Source: Candidatus Dormiibacterota bacterium
Lineage (GTDB): Bacteria > Chloroflexota > Dormibacteria > Aeolococcales > Aeolococcaceae
Direction: 5' to 3'
Assembly: GCA_035995545.1 (NCBI GenBank)
Contig: DASYKI010000016.1
Span: 664,599-728,598 of the forward strand
Length of the DNA: 64,000 bases
The notes beneath the pieces are model-generated. The model saw only the letters and a list, made by a program, of their open reading frames with translations. It did not search any database and was not told where the DNA came from. Numbering within the stretch: the first letter of the stretch is position 1; each line of letters starts with the position of its first letter. The position numbers and the translations under genes were made by a program. Positions 49,609 through 58,532 of the stretch are shown here, in pieces.

Positions 49609-50857
49609 CCCGCCGCCGGCTCGCCGCACCTGGGACAGGCTGCGCGAGCTCGCTGAGATCACCGCTCCCGGCGACGGCGTCTCCCGCGACGGCTACAGCG
49701 CCTATGAACGTCTCGCCCAGGACCTGGTCGGCGCTTGGATGCGCGACGCGGGCCTGAGCGTGACGCGCGATCATGCGGGCAACCTGCGCGGGCGCGTTGC
49801 CGGCCGGGATCCGCTGCTGCCCGCGGTGTGGGTGGGCTCGCACCTCGACTCCGTTCCCGGCGGCGGGCGCTTCGACGGAGCCTACGGCGTGGTCGGCGGC
49901 CTGGCCGCCGTCGAGGCGGCGACGGGCGGCGAGACGCCGCTGCGCTCCATCGAGCTGGTCGCGTTCGCATGTGAGGAGGGCGCGCGCTTCGGCACGGGGC
50001 TGCTGGGCAGCCGCGGGCTGGTCGAGGGCTGGGCGGACGTCGACGTCGACGCGCTGGTCGACCGCGACGGTGTGAGCCTGCGCGCCGCGCTCGCCTCGGT
50101 CGGGCTCGACGCCGAGGCGGTGCGTGCGCCGTCACTGACGCCGGGCAGCGTCCACTGCTTCGTGGAGCTGCACGTCGAGCAGGGTCCGGTGCTCGACACC
50201 GCGGCAGCGACCATCGGCGTGGTCAGCGCCATCGCCGCACCGACGTACCTGCGTGTGCGATTCGAGGGAGCCGCGGGACACGCCGGGACGACACCCATGG
50301 TGGGGCGGCGCGACGCGCTGGTGGGTGCTGCCGAGGCGATCCTGGAGGTGGAGCGCGCCGCGCGCTCGTATGACGGCGCCGCCGTCTCGACGGTCGGGTT
50401 CCTGGCCGTGCACCCCAACTCCGCCAACGTGATCCCCGGCAGCGTGACCTTCTCCGTCGACGTGCGCGCCCTCGATGCGGACACCAAGCGGCGGCTGGTG
50501 GAGGAGATCGCGGCCGGCCTGCAGCGAACCGCGCAGGCGAGGTCGCTGCAGCTCAGCGTCGCGACGCTCGCCGACCTGGCACCGGTGGCGTGCCACCCGC
50601 CGATCCAGGGCGCGGTGCGCGACGCGGCGACGTCGCTGGGGCTGCCCTGGCTCGACATGCCCAGCGGCGCGTACCACGACGCCATGGCGATGAGCCGGGT
50701 GTGCCCGGTGGGCATGGTGTTCGTCCCCAGCGCGCGCGGGTTGAGCCACGTCGCCGAGGAGTGGACCAGCCCGGACGACCTGGAGCACGGCGTCGACGTC
50801 CTCGCCGAGGTGCTGCGCACGCTCGCATCCACGACAGGCATCGAAGGAGCAGGGTGA
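49595..50857 (+). CDS. M20-family Zn amidase of the hydantoinase/carbamoylase group (N-carbamoyl-amino-acid or allantoate amidohydrolase-like)
   Basis: Carries the HAGNLRGRVAG, VWVGSHLDSVPGGGRFDGAYGV and FACEEGARFG metal-ligand pattern typical of AmaB/AllC-like enzymes. Confidence 0.75.
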   Translation: MSPSSPPPARRTWDRLRELAEITAPGDGVSRDGYSAYERLAQDLVGAWMRDAGLSVTRDHAGNLRGRVAGRDPLLPAVWVGSHLDSVPGGGRFDGAYGVVGGLAAVEAATGGETPLRSIELVAFACEEGARFGTGLLGSRGLVEGWADVDVDALVDRDGVSLRAALASVGLDAEAVRAPSLTPGSVHCFVELHVEQGPVLDTAAATIGVVSAIAAPTYLRVRFEGAAGHAGTTPMVGRRDALVGAAEAILEVERAARSYDGAAVSTVGFLAVHPNSANVIPGSVTFSVDVRALDADTKRRLVEEIAAGLQRTAQARSLQLSVATLADLAPVACHPPIQGAVRDAATSLGLPWLDMPSGAYHDAMAMSRVCPVGMVFVPSARGLSHVAEEWTSPDDLEHGVDVLAEVLRTLASTTGIEGAG

Positions 50858-52233
50858 TGACCACGACACTACTCACGGGCGGCACGGTTGCCTCGGCGAT
50901 GGGGTCGTACCCGGCGGACGTCCTCATCGACTCGGGACGCATCGCCGCCGTGGGTGCCGGCGCCGGCTTCGTGGCCGACCGGGTTGTGGACGTGAGTGGC
51001 AAGATCCTGCTGCCCGGCGGCGTCGACGTGCACACCCACCTCGACGCGCCGTTCATGGGCACGATCACGGCCGACGACTTCAACACCGGCACCATCGCCG
51101 CGGCCTGCGGCGGCACCACCACCATCGTCGACTTCGCCATGCAGTCGCGCGGCCAGAAGCTGGGCGCGGTGCTGGAGCAGTGGCACGCCAAGGCCGCGGG
51201 TCGCGCCGCCGTCGACTACGGGTTCCACATGGCCGTGACCGACCTCTACGACGGCGCCGTCGCCGACATGGACGGGGTGATCCGCGACGGCGTGACCAGC
51301 TTCAAGCTGTTCATGGCCTACAAGGGCCAGATCATGCTGGACGACGGCGAGATCTTCCGCATCCTGCGCACGGCGGGACGCTCCGGCGCCACCGTGTGCC
51401 TGCACGCGGAGAACGGCTACATCATCGACGTGCTCGCCGAGGAGCTGGTGCACTCGGGCAAGCGCGACCCCACCTTCCACGCCGTCTCGCGTCCCCCGGC
51501 CACCGAGATCGAGGCGGTACGCCGGGCCATCGCCATCGCGCGCATGGCCGATGCGCCGGTGTACTTCGTCCACCTGTCGACCGCCGGAGCGGTGGACGCG
51601 GTTGGCGAATCGCGGATGTCGGGATGGCCGGTGGCGGGGGAGACGTGCACCCACTACCTGCTGCTCGGCCCCGAGCTGTACGACGCGCCCGACTTCGAGG
51701 GCGCCAAGGTGGTGCTCACCCCGCCGCTGCGCGAGGCGCCCGACCGCGAGGCGCTGTGGGCGTCGCTGCGCACCGGCGTGCTCAGCGTTGTCAGCTCGGA
51801 CCACTGCCCGTTCTGCTTCGTCGGGCAGAAGGAAATGGGTCGCGACGACTTTCGCAAGATCCCCAACGGCGGCCCCGGGATCGAGCACCGCCTCCTGCTG
51901 CTCTACGGGCAGGGCGTGCGGCAGGGTCGGCTCACCCTGGAGCAGTTCGTCGACGTCGTGGCCACGTCACCCGCCAAGCAGTTCGGGCTCTTTCCCCGCA
52001 AGGGCGCGATCCTCCCCGGGGCGGACGCCGACGTCGTCGTGCTCGACCCCGCTGGGACCACCACGATCGCCGCCGCGACGCAGCACCAGAACCTCGACTA
52101 CACGCCGTACGAGGGCTGGACCGTGCCCGGACGCATCGACGCGGTGTACCTGCGCGGCGAGCTGGTCGTGCGCGACGGCGACTACGTGGCCGCCGCACCG
52201 GGAGGTGCGTTCCTGGCACGCAGAACGCTGTGA
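50857..52233 (+). CDS. D-hydantoinase/dihydropyrimidinase
   Basis: HxH in GGVDVHTHL, carboxylated-lysine motif FKLFMAYKG, and downstream His in VCLHAENG. Confidence 0.8.
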   Translation: MTTTLLTGGTVASAMGSYPADVLIDSGRIAAVGAGAGFVADRVVDVSGKILLPGGVDVHTHLDAPFMGTITADDFNTGTIAAACGGTTTIVDFAMQSRGQKLGAVLEQWHAKAAGRAAVDYGFHMAVTDLYDGAVADMDGVIRDGVTSFKLFMAYKGQIMLDDGEIFRILRTAGRSGATVCLHAENGYIIDVLAEELVHSGKRDPTFHAVSRPPATEIEAVRRAIAIARMADAPVYFVHLSTAGAVDAVGESRMSGWPVAGETCTHYLLLGPELYDAPDFEGAKVVLTPPLREAPDREALWASLRTGVLSVVSSDHCPFCFVGQKEMGRDDFRKIPNGGPGIEHRLLLLYGQGVRQGRLTLEQFVDVVATSPAKQFGLFPRKGAILPGADADVVVLDPAGTTTIAAATQHQNLDYTPYEGWTVPGRIDAVYLRGELVVRDGDYVAAAPGGAFLARRTL

Positions 52234-53279
52234 CCGACTACGCGCACCTGGTGCGCAGCGATCGCGTCCACCGGCGGCTGTATGTCGACCAGGACATCTT
52301 CGCCGACGAGATGGAGCGCATCTTCGGCCGCAGCTGGGTGTACCTCGCTCACCAGAGCGAGCTGCCCTCGCCTCTGGACGAGGCGATGGCGGATCTCGGC
52401 AGGCGCATGGCGCGTATCGCGTCGTATCGCGGGCTGATCTTCGGTTCGCGCAGCGACGACGTGCCGCCGCTGGCCGAGCATCTCGGCGCCGTGGCGGGCC
52501 TGCTCGACCAGTGGCTCGACCGTGCGCCGGACGGCGAGGTGTTCGTCGGCCATGGCACCCGGGTGATCAGCGCGCGTGCCAACTGGAAGCTGTACCTGGA
52601 CGGTGCGGCCGATGGCCTGCACCCCCTGTTCACCCATCGCTCCTACCTGGAACTCTCGTCGCAGCGCAGCGGGTCGCGCAAGTTCCTCTCCGAGTTCCGG
52701 GCCGATCCCGACCGCACCGCGATGTACGCGCAGGTGCTCGGCGACGGCCACCAGTTCCTCGACCAGCGCCCGACGCGGCAGCCGTCGCTGTGGAGTGCGA
52801 TGCCCAAGGTTCCCGGCACCGAGCACGTGGTGGCGCAGATCTCGGCGCGGTACGGCGATCGCACTCCCGCGGTTCTGGAACGCACCGCCTTCGCCGCCAT
52901 GAACATCTTCGTCTTCCCCAATCTCTCCATCGTCGAGAACGCCATCGGCGTGATCTGCCCGCTGGCGGTCAACCGCACCGAGGTGCGCTGGTCGCGGGTG
53001 AGCCTCAGGGGAGCTGAGCCCGAGGCGTTGCCGCTGCAGATGCGGCTCGCCGAGGAGTCGGACGGCTTCATCGACGTCGACGACATCGAGAACTGGGAGC
53101 GCGCCCAGGAAGGCCTGGAGGCGGTGCCCGAGGCGGAGTGGCTGCACACCGGGCGCGGACTGGGGCTGCCGTCGACGCGCGATGATCGCGGCGTCGAGAC
53201 CGTGGCGGTGACCAACGAGGCGCCGATGCGCGCCTACCAGGCCGAGTGGCTGCGCCTGATGACGCGGCGGCCGGACTAG
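52230..53279 (+). CDS. Rieske-less paralog of the oxygenase alpha subunit (catalytic mononuclear-iron domain only)
   Basis: Aligns by eye with the 42368..43714 protein at both ends (N-terminal RRLYVDQDIFADEMERIFG; catalytic ANWKLYLDGAADGLHPLFTHRS; C-terminal VENWERAQEGLEAVPEAEWLHTGRG). The ~95-aa segment with CxH..CxxH is replaced by LDEAMADLGRRMARI. No beta subunit follows. Confidence 0.7.
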   Translation: MTDYAHLVRSDRVHRRLYVDQDIFADEMERIFGRSWVYLAHQSELPSPLDEAMADLGRRMARIASYRGLIFGSRSDDVPPLAEHLGAVAGLLDQWLDRAPDGEVFVGHGTRVISARANWKLYLDGAADGLHPLFTHRSYLELSSQRSGSRKFLSEFRADPDRTAMYAQVLGDGHQFLDQRPTRQPSLWSAMPKVPGTEHVVAQISARYGDRTPAVLERTAFAAMNIFVFPNLSIVENAIGVICPLAVNRTEVRWSRVSLRGAEPEALPLQMRLAEESDGFIDVDDIENWERAQEGLEAVPEAEWLHTGRGLGLPSTRDDRGVETVAVTNEAPMRAYQAEWLRLMTRRPD

Positions 53280-54616
53280 GGAAACGCGAGCAGCGCCGCC
53301 GCGATTGCAGCCAGCGCGGCGGTGAGTGGTGTCATCTGGCCGGAGTTGCGGAGCGCGTCGAGGTCACGCAGCTGCGCGGCGATCTCGTCAGCGGTGGCGC
53401 ACTTCTCGAGGCGGATGCCACGGGCGCGCGAGTCGAGGTACCCGGCGATGATCGACTCGAGGTAGTGCGCGTCGTAGTCGTAGGCGTCGCCGCCCGGCGT
53501 GAAGTGGTGAGACCCGGGGAGGCTGAGGCGAAACAGGCATCTGCCGATCTGCGTCTCCACATCCGGCTCGGGGTTGGCGGCAGAGAACCCGTTCATCGGC
53601 GCCAGGTCCTGCACACCGCCGGGTCCCGGCGCCTGCGCCAAGATCACCGACGGTGCACGCATGGCGACGCCCTGGTGGGTGGCGCGGTCCGCCGCCAGCT
53701 GCTTCGCCGCGGTGGTCGGCACCAGCGCACTGCTCAGCTGCTGGTCGCTGACCACCTGGATGGCGACGATGCCGCCGGGGAACTGGATCGAGCACTGCGT
53801 CGCCGGCGGCACTTCCGACGGCTGGTAGGTCACTGTTGGCGGCGCTTTGGGATAGAGCTTGGCGATGACGTCCTGGCGGATGCAGGGGTCGACCCCACCC
53901 GCCGGCAGGGCGAGCCGCGGGGCTGGGGACGCCTGACCGGTGAGGTGGGCCACGAGGCCGGGCGCCAGGGTCTGGGCCTTGCCGAGCAGCGCGGCGTACG
54001 CCGCCGTGGGATCGCCGCCGTGGATCTTGATGTCGTCCAGCCGCTTCTGGGCGGCGGCCCCCGGGCTCGCCTTGACGACCAGCACCTGCGCTCCCTTGAG
54101 CACCGTCACCACGCCGTTGGACTGCACCGCCTTGTCGCCGAGCCCAGCTGCCACGCTCGGCGGCGGGTTGCCGCGGGTCTGGGCCGCGAACACCTGCTGG
54201 GCGGCCTGTGCGGTGTCGAGGGAGGAGAGCGTGATGCTGAGCATCGTGTCCGTCGTCGTGGTGCCCACGCGGGTCGTGCTGACATGGCCGGCGGGCGAGC
54301 TGGGGACGCCGCCGTCGTCCTCGGGACCGAGCACGTCCTCGCCGAGTGCCGCCCGGTAGCCGGCGGCGTCGAGAAGCGCGAAGGCGCTGAGGCCGCGGTC
54401 GGCCGGCGCCGCGGTCGGCACCCCGCTCGGCGGCGCCGAGGACGACGTGCTCGGTCCCGCGCTCGGCGAGGCCCCGCCGGTCGCTGAGCTGCCACACGCC
54501 GAGACCGTCACCACCGCGGCCAGGGCCGCGACGACGGCCGTTCGACCAGACGCACGCCCGCGGTGCGCGCCTGCGCTCGGCCGAGCAGTCGTCCGCATGG
54601 GCGCATGATGGGTCAT
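53276..54616 (-). CDS. secreted lipoprotein of unknown function
   Basis: Protein-like from MTHHAPMRTTARP..AVVAALAAVVTVSACGSS (signal peptide plus lipobox-like VSAC) to the end. The upstream ~200 codons of the track ORF are low-complexity. Convergent with the Rieske-less gene with a 4-bp overlap. Confidence 0.5.
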   Translation of the reverse strand: MTHHAPMRTTARPSAGAHRGRASGRTAVVAALAAVVTVSACGSSATGGASPSAGPSTSSSAPPSGVPTAAPADRGLSAFALLDAAGYRAALGEDVLGPEDDGGVPSSPAGHVSTTRVGTTTTDTMLSITLSSLDTAQAAQQVFAAQTRGNPPPSVAAGLGDKAVQSNGVVTVLKGAQVLVVKASPGAAAQKRLDDIKIHGGDPTAAYAALLGKAQTLAPGLVAHLTGQASPAPRLALPAGGVDPCIRQDVIAKLYPKAPPTVTYQPSEVPPATQCSIQFPGGIVAIQVVSDQQLSSALVPTTAAKQLAADRATHQGVAMRAPSVILAQAPGPGGVQDLAPMNGFSAANPEPDVETQIGRCLFRLSLPGSHHFTPGGDAYDYDAHYLESIIAGYLDSRARGIRLEKCATADEIAAQLRDLDALRNSGQMTPLTAALAAIAAALLAFP

Positions 54617-54637
54617 CGGCGGACCAATGTCATCCGG

Positions 54638-55270
54638 GGGATGGTCTCGGTCGCATGGGTCGCGGCTAAGCTGGTGCGCGTGCGTGCACGCGCAGTGACC
54701 ACCGAGCAGGTGCTGGCCGCGGCCGACCGCGTTGCCAGGCGCGACGGGATCGACGGGCTGACCATCCGCAGGCTCTGCGAGGAGCTCGGGGTCACCGCGC
54801 CGAGCATCTACGTCCACTTCGCCAGCAAGGACGCCATCGTCGAGGCGCTGGTCAACGACATCCTCGGCCAGGTGCACCATCCCGCGGCCGGCCGGGGCGA
54901 CTGGCTCGACCGGCTGCGCGAGTTCATCGTCAGCGTCTTCGACCAAGTCGCGCCCTACCCGGGCCTGGCCGGGCGCATCGCGCGCCGGCTGCCGACCACC
55001 CCGTCGTCGCAGCGCAACGCCGCCTTCCTCTCGGAGCTCTTCCGCGACGCCGCGCTCAGCGAGCACGACCGGGCCAACATCGTGCCCACCCTGCTCGTCT
55101 TCACCTGGGGCCACCTGCTCGGCGGCGAGTCCGACTGGACGATCGGCGGCGGCGGCAGGCTCACCGCACAGGCCTCGCGGGAGCGCTACCTGTGGGGGCT
55201 CGACCACCTCCTCGAATCCTTTCGCCGCAGCCAGCTCGGGGCTCTTGACAGCAAGGCTAGCGCGCGTTAG
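54638..55270 (+). CDS. TetR/AcrR-family transcriptional regulator
   Basis: HTH DGLTIRRLCEELGVTAPSIYVHFASKDAIV; the start is the ATG at 54638 or the GTG at 54674. Confidence 0.75.
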   Translation, partial: GMVSVAWVAAKLVRVRARAVTTEQVLAAADRVARRDGIDGLTIRRLCEELGVTAPSIYVHFASKDAIVEALVNDILGQVHHPAAGRGDWLDRLREFIVSVFDQVAPYPGLAGRIARRLPTTPSSQRNAAFLSELFRDAALSEHDRANIVPTLLVFTWGHLLGGESDWTIGGGGRLTAQASRERYLWGLDHLLESFRRSQLGALDSKASAR

Positions 55271-55326
55271 CTTTGCGGCGCTGGGTTCCCAGGGCGGCGT
55301 GTGGCGATCAGATTGGAGGACTGCCG

Positions 55327-56427
55327 GTGAGGCCGTACGACATCGTCTCGACGGACTCCCATCTCGAGGTGCCGCCCGACCAGTGGGGGCCCTACGTCGA
55401 TGCCGAGTTCCGCCAGTTCGTCCCCAAGGTGGTTCGCCTTCCCGACGGCAGCGGCGACGCCTGGGAGATGCCTGGCGGCGGTCTCATCCCGCTGGGCCTG
55501 CAGTTCGCCATCACCCGCCCGGGGGTGGAGAACCGCTACAGGTACTCGCGGCCGACCGGAATCAGCTACGGGCCCGACCTGGCCGGCACCGGGGACGGCC
55601 ATCGCCGGCTGCGGGAGATGGACGAGGACGGCGTCGACGCCGACGTGCTCTTCCCCGCGGTCTTCGGCACGCGCGGCGTCAACCTTCCGGTGGAGGTTGA
55701 CGCCGCCATCTGCCGCGGCTACAACGACTGGCTGTCGCAGGAGTACACGGCTGCCGACCCGGAGCGGCTGCTCGGACTAGCGCTGCTGCCCAAGGGCGGC
55801 ATCGAGGAGGCGATCGCCGAGATGCGCCGCGTCGCCGGCCGTCCCGGCATCTACGGGGTGGTCAACTTTCCCGAGTGCGAGCCGGGTGACGACCGCTTCT
55901 TCGAGGCGGCGCTGGAGCTGGGCGTTCCCCTCTGCTCGCACGGGTTCTTCCCGGCGCCGCGCCTGCAGTGGCCGCCCACGGGTCTCGACCTCGACCTCAG
56001 CAAGGCGACCAACGCCGCGGCCGCGCTCAAGTACATCCTCAGCGGCGTGTTCGACCGGCTGCCGGATCTGAAGATCTTCTGTGCGGAGACCTTCTGCGGC
56101 TGGCTGCCGTACGCGTACGAGCAGATGGATTCCTGGTACCAGACCCAGGGCCTGTGGGTGAACGCCGATCTCCAGCGACTCCCCAGCGACTACATGAAGC
56201 GCCACTTCCGCTGGAGCTTCATCGTCGACCCGATGGCGGTGCGGCTGCGCCACGCCATCGGCATCGAGACGATCATGTGGTCCACCGACTTCCCGCACAT
56301 GAATACCGACTGGCCGCAGTCGCTGCAGAGCATCGACGAGCAGATGGGCGACATCCCCGCCGACGAACGGCGCCGCATCGTCCGCGACAACGCCGTCGAG
56401 CTCTTCGGCCTTCCGGCGGCGAACTGA
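55327..56427 (+). CDS. amidohydrolase-2 (ACMSD/metal-dependent hydrolase TIM-barrel) family protein
   Basis: Metal ligands in an N-terminal DSHLEVPP-type His pair and a C-terminal MWSTDFPH; GTG start. Confidence 0.7.
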   Translation: MRPYDIVSTDSHLEVPPDQWGPYVDAEFRQFVPKVVRLPDGSGDAWEMPGGGLIPLGLQFAITRPGVENRYRYSRPTGISYGPDLAGTGDGHRRLREMDEDGVDADVLFPAVFGTRGVNLPVEVDAAICRGYNDWLSQEYTAADPERLLGLALLPKGGIEEAIAEMRRVAGRPGIYGVVNFPECEPGDDRFFEAALELGVPLCSHGFFPAPRLQWPPTGLDLDLSKATNAAAALKYILSGVFDRLPDLKIFCAETFCGWLPYAYEQMDSWYQTQGLWVNADLQRLPSDYMKRHFRWSFIVDPMAVRLRHAIGIETIMWSTDFPHMNTDWPQSLQSIDEQMGDIPADERRRIVRDNAVELFGLPAAN

Positions 56428-56429
56428 CC

Positions 56430-57584
56430 ATGGGCAAGGTCGAGATCGTCTCCGCCGCCTCCAACACCGAGGTCTCGCCCGACGTCTGGCGCTCCCACGT
56501 CGATCCCGAGTTCCGCGACTTCGTACCCAAGGTGACCACCGTCGACGGCAGCGCGGCATGGGTCATGCCGGTCACCGACCAGGTGGTCCAGATGCCGCGC
56601 AACCTGTTCCTGTCGAGCCAGGGCAGGGCCGTCGACTCCGTGCAGTACGGCGTCGGACTGCCCGGCACCGGCGACGGCGCCCAGCGCCTGCGCGAGCTCG
56701 ACGACGACGGCATCGACGCCGAGGTGCTGCTGCCGCCGTTCTTCGGTGTTCGCCGCCTGCCGCGGCTTCCCGCCGAGGCCTCGATCGCCGTCGCCAAGGG
56801 CTACAACGACTGGCTCTCCAAGGAGTACACCGCGGCGGACCCGCGCCGCCTCGTCGGCGTCGGACTGCTGCCGGCCTCGACCCTGCAGGACTCGCTCGAC
56901 GAGCTGCGGCGCGTGGCAACGCTCCCCGGCGTGCGCGGGCTGCAGCTGCAGGAGTGGCCCAACGGCGGCGGTGGGCCCGCGCCCGAGGACGACGCCTTCT
57001 GGAGCGAGGCGGGCAAGCTCGGCGTTGCCCTGGTGGCGCACACCGAGTTCGGCGGTGGACCGGTCGAGGACCCGGCCCGGATCGGCGCCAACGAAGGCAC
57101 CGGCATCATGTTCACCATCAACTTCCTGACCACCAAGGGCGGAGCGCCCTACTCGGCGTCGCAGCTGATGACCACCGGCGTCTTCGACCGCGTCCCCGAG
57201 CTGCGCATCTACTACGTGCACGACCGCATCTCCTGGGTCGAGTACTGGGCCGAGCAGGCCGACGACCACTACATGCGGCACCGGTACTGGGCCAACTCCG
57301 ACATGCCGCATCCGCCGAGCTACTACATCAAGCACAACCTGATGCACAACTTCGCCGTGGACGTCGTCGGGCTGCAGATCCGCGACATGCTCAACCTCGA
57401 CAACCTGATGTGGTCGCGCATCTTCCCCGCAGCGCACGGCAGCTGGCCGCGGACCGCCGCCGCCGTCGGTGAGCAGTTCACCGCCGCAGGCGTGTCCGAC
57501 GAGGACAGGCGGCGCCTGCTCGCCGGCAACGCGATGCGCTTCTTCGGGTTGTCGGAGGTGACTGCGGAGGCGGCGCTGACCTGA
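56430..57584 (+). CDS. amidohydrolase-2 family protein, tandem paralog of the preceding gene
   Basis: Same architecture and motif spacing (KGYNDWLS.EYTAADP shared verbatim; MWSRIFP at the C-terminus). Confidence 0.7.
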   Translation: MGKVEIVSAASNTEVSPDVWRSHVDPEFRDFVPKVTTVDGSAAWVMPVTDQVVQMPRNLFLSSQGRAVDSVQYGVGLPGTGDGAQRLRELDDDGIDAEVLLPPFFGVRRLPRLPAEASIAVAKGYNDWLSKEYTAADPRRLVGVGLLPASTLQDSLDELRRVATLPGVRGLQLQEWPNGGGGPAPEDDAFWSEAGKLGVALVAHTEFGGGPVEDPARIGANEGTGIMFTINFLTTKGGAPYSASQLMTTGVFDRVPELRIYYVHDRISWVEYWAEQADDHYMRHRYWANSDMPHPPSYYIKHNLMHNFAVDVVGLQIRDMLNLDNLMWSRIFPAAHGSWPRTAAAVGEQFTAAGVSDEDRRRLLAGNAMRFFGLSEVTAEAALT

Positions 57585-57605
57585 CGGTCCGCCCGGCGAT
57601 CGCGA

Positions 57606-58532
57606 CTACTTGATGGCGATCGGGTTGACCGGTGACCCCGTGGCCCCGGCGACCGGCATCGCCGGGGCCACCAGCAGGAATGCGTAGCGCCGGTCGCGCG
57701 CGCAGTCGCCGGCCAGGTCCTCGAGGTACCAGTACTCGCCGAAGTGGATGCCGAGATCGCGCAGCGCGATCATGTGCAGGGGGATGTGCATGCCCTCGAC
57801 AACGTGGGTGGCCTCGACCATGCCGTTGTCCGCCGCCACCGCCGCGACCCTGCGATCGCGCAGCCAGGTGGCCACCTCGACGTGCAGGCCGGGCTGCTCG
57901 CCGTCGAAGCTGCTCCAGTCCTCGCCGCGGTTGGTCAGCGCCATCAAGCCGGTGCGGATCAGCAGGATGTCACCGGGCTGCAGAGCTGTCTGCTGGCTCG
58001 CGGCGCAGTCGTCGAGCTCGGCAGCGGTGATCGCGTGGCCGGGCGGGAGCGAGGTCACCCCGAGATGGCGAGCCACGTCGAGCAGCACGCCGCGCCCGAC
58101 GAAGTCGGCGTGGACCTTGTCGATGCCATCGCGAGCGGCGCCGTCCGCGGTGACCGAGTCGGGTGGATACCCGTTGTACAGCGCCCCGTCGTAGTACACG
58201 TGGCAGAGTGCATCCCACTGGGTGGTGCACTGCAGCGGCATGTAGATGGTGTCGTCGGTGTAGCTCGCACCGCCGGGGACCGCGTGCGCCTGCGGATCCT
58301 CGCCGGTGGCCACGACGACGTGCACGGGGTTGAAGCGGTGGCTGCCGGGGCGCACCGGCCCGTCCCCGTTGCGGATGGTCAGCGCCAGGGAGAAGACGGC
58401 ACCGCGCTGCACCGTCCTGGCCGCCTCCAGCCGGGCGCGGTCGTCGATGTAGTTGAGTGCACCCTTCTCGTCGTCCGGGCCCCATTCGCCCCATCGCCGC
58501 AGGGAGGCGCCCAGGGCACGGACGTCGATCAT
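57606..58532 (-). CDS. cyclase-family protein (kynurenine-formamidase-like fold)
   Basis: Protein-like from MIDVRALGASLRRW.. with GDILLIRTG and HVVVATGED segments. The upstream half of the 626-aa track ORF is low-complexity. The family assignment is tentative. Confidence 0.5.
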   Translation of the reverse strand: MIDVRALGASLRRWGEWGPDDEKGALNYIDDRARLEAARTVQRGAVFSLALTIRNGDGPVRPGSHRFNPVHVVVATGEDPQAHAVPGGASYTDDTIYMPLQCTTQWDALCHVYYDGALYNGYPPDSVTADGAARDGIDKVHADFVGRGVLLDVARHLGVTSLPPGHAITAAELDDCAASQQTALQPGDILLIRTGLMALTNRGEDWSSFDGEQPGLHVEVATWLRDRRVAAVAADNGMVEATHVVEGMHIPLHMIALRDLGIHFGEYWYLEDLAGDCARDRRYAFLLVAPAMPVAGATGSPVNPIAIK

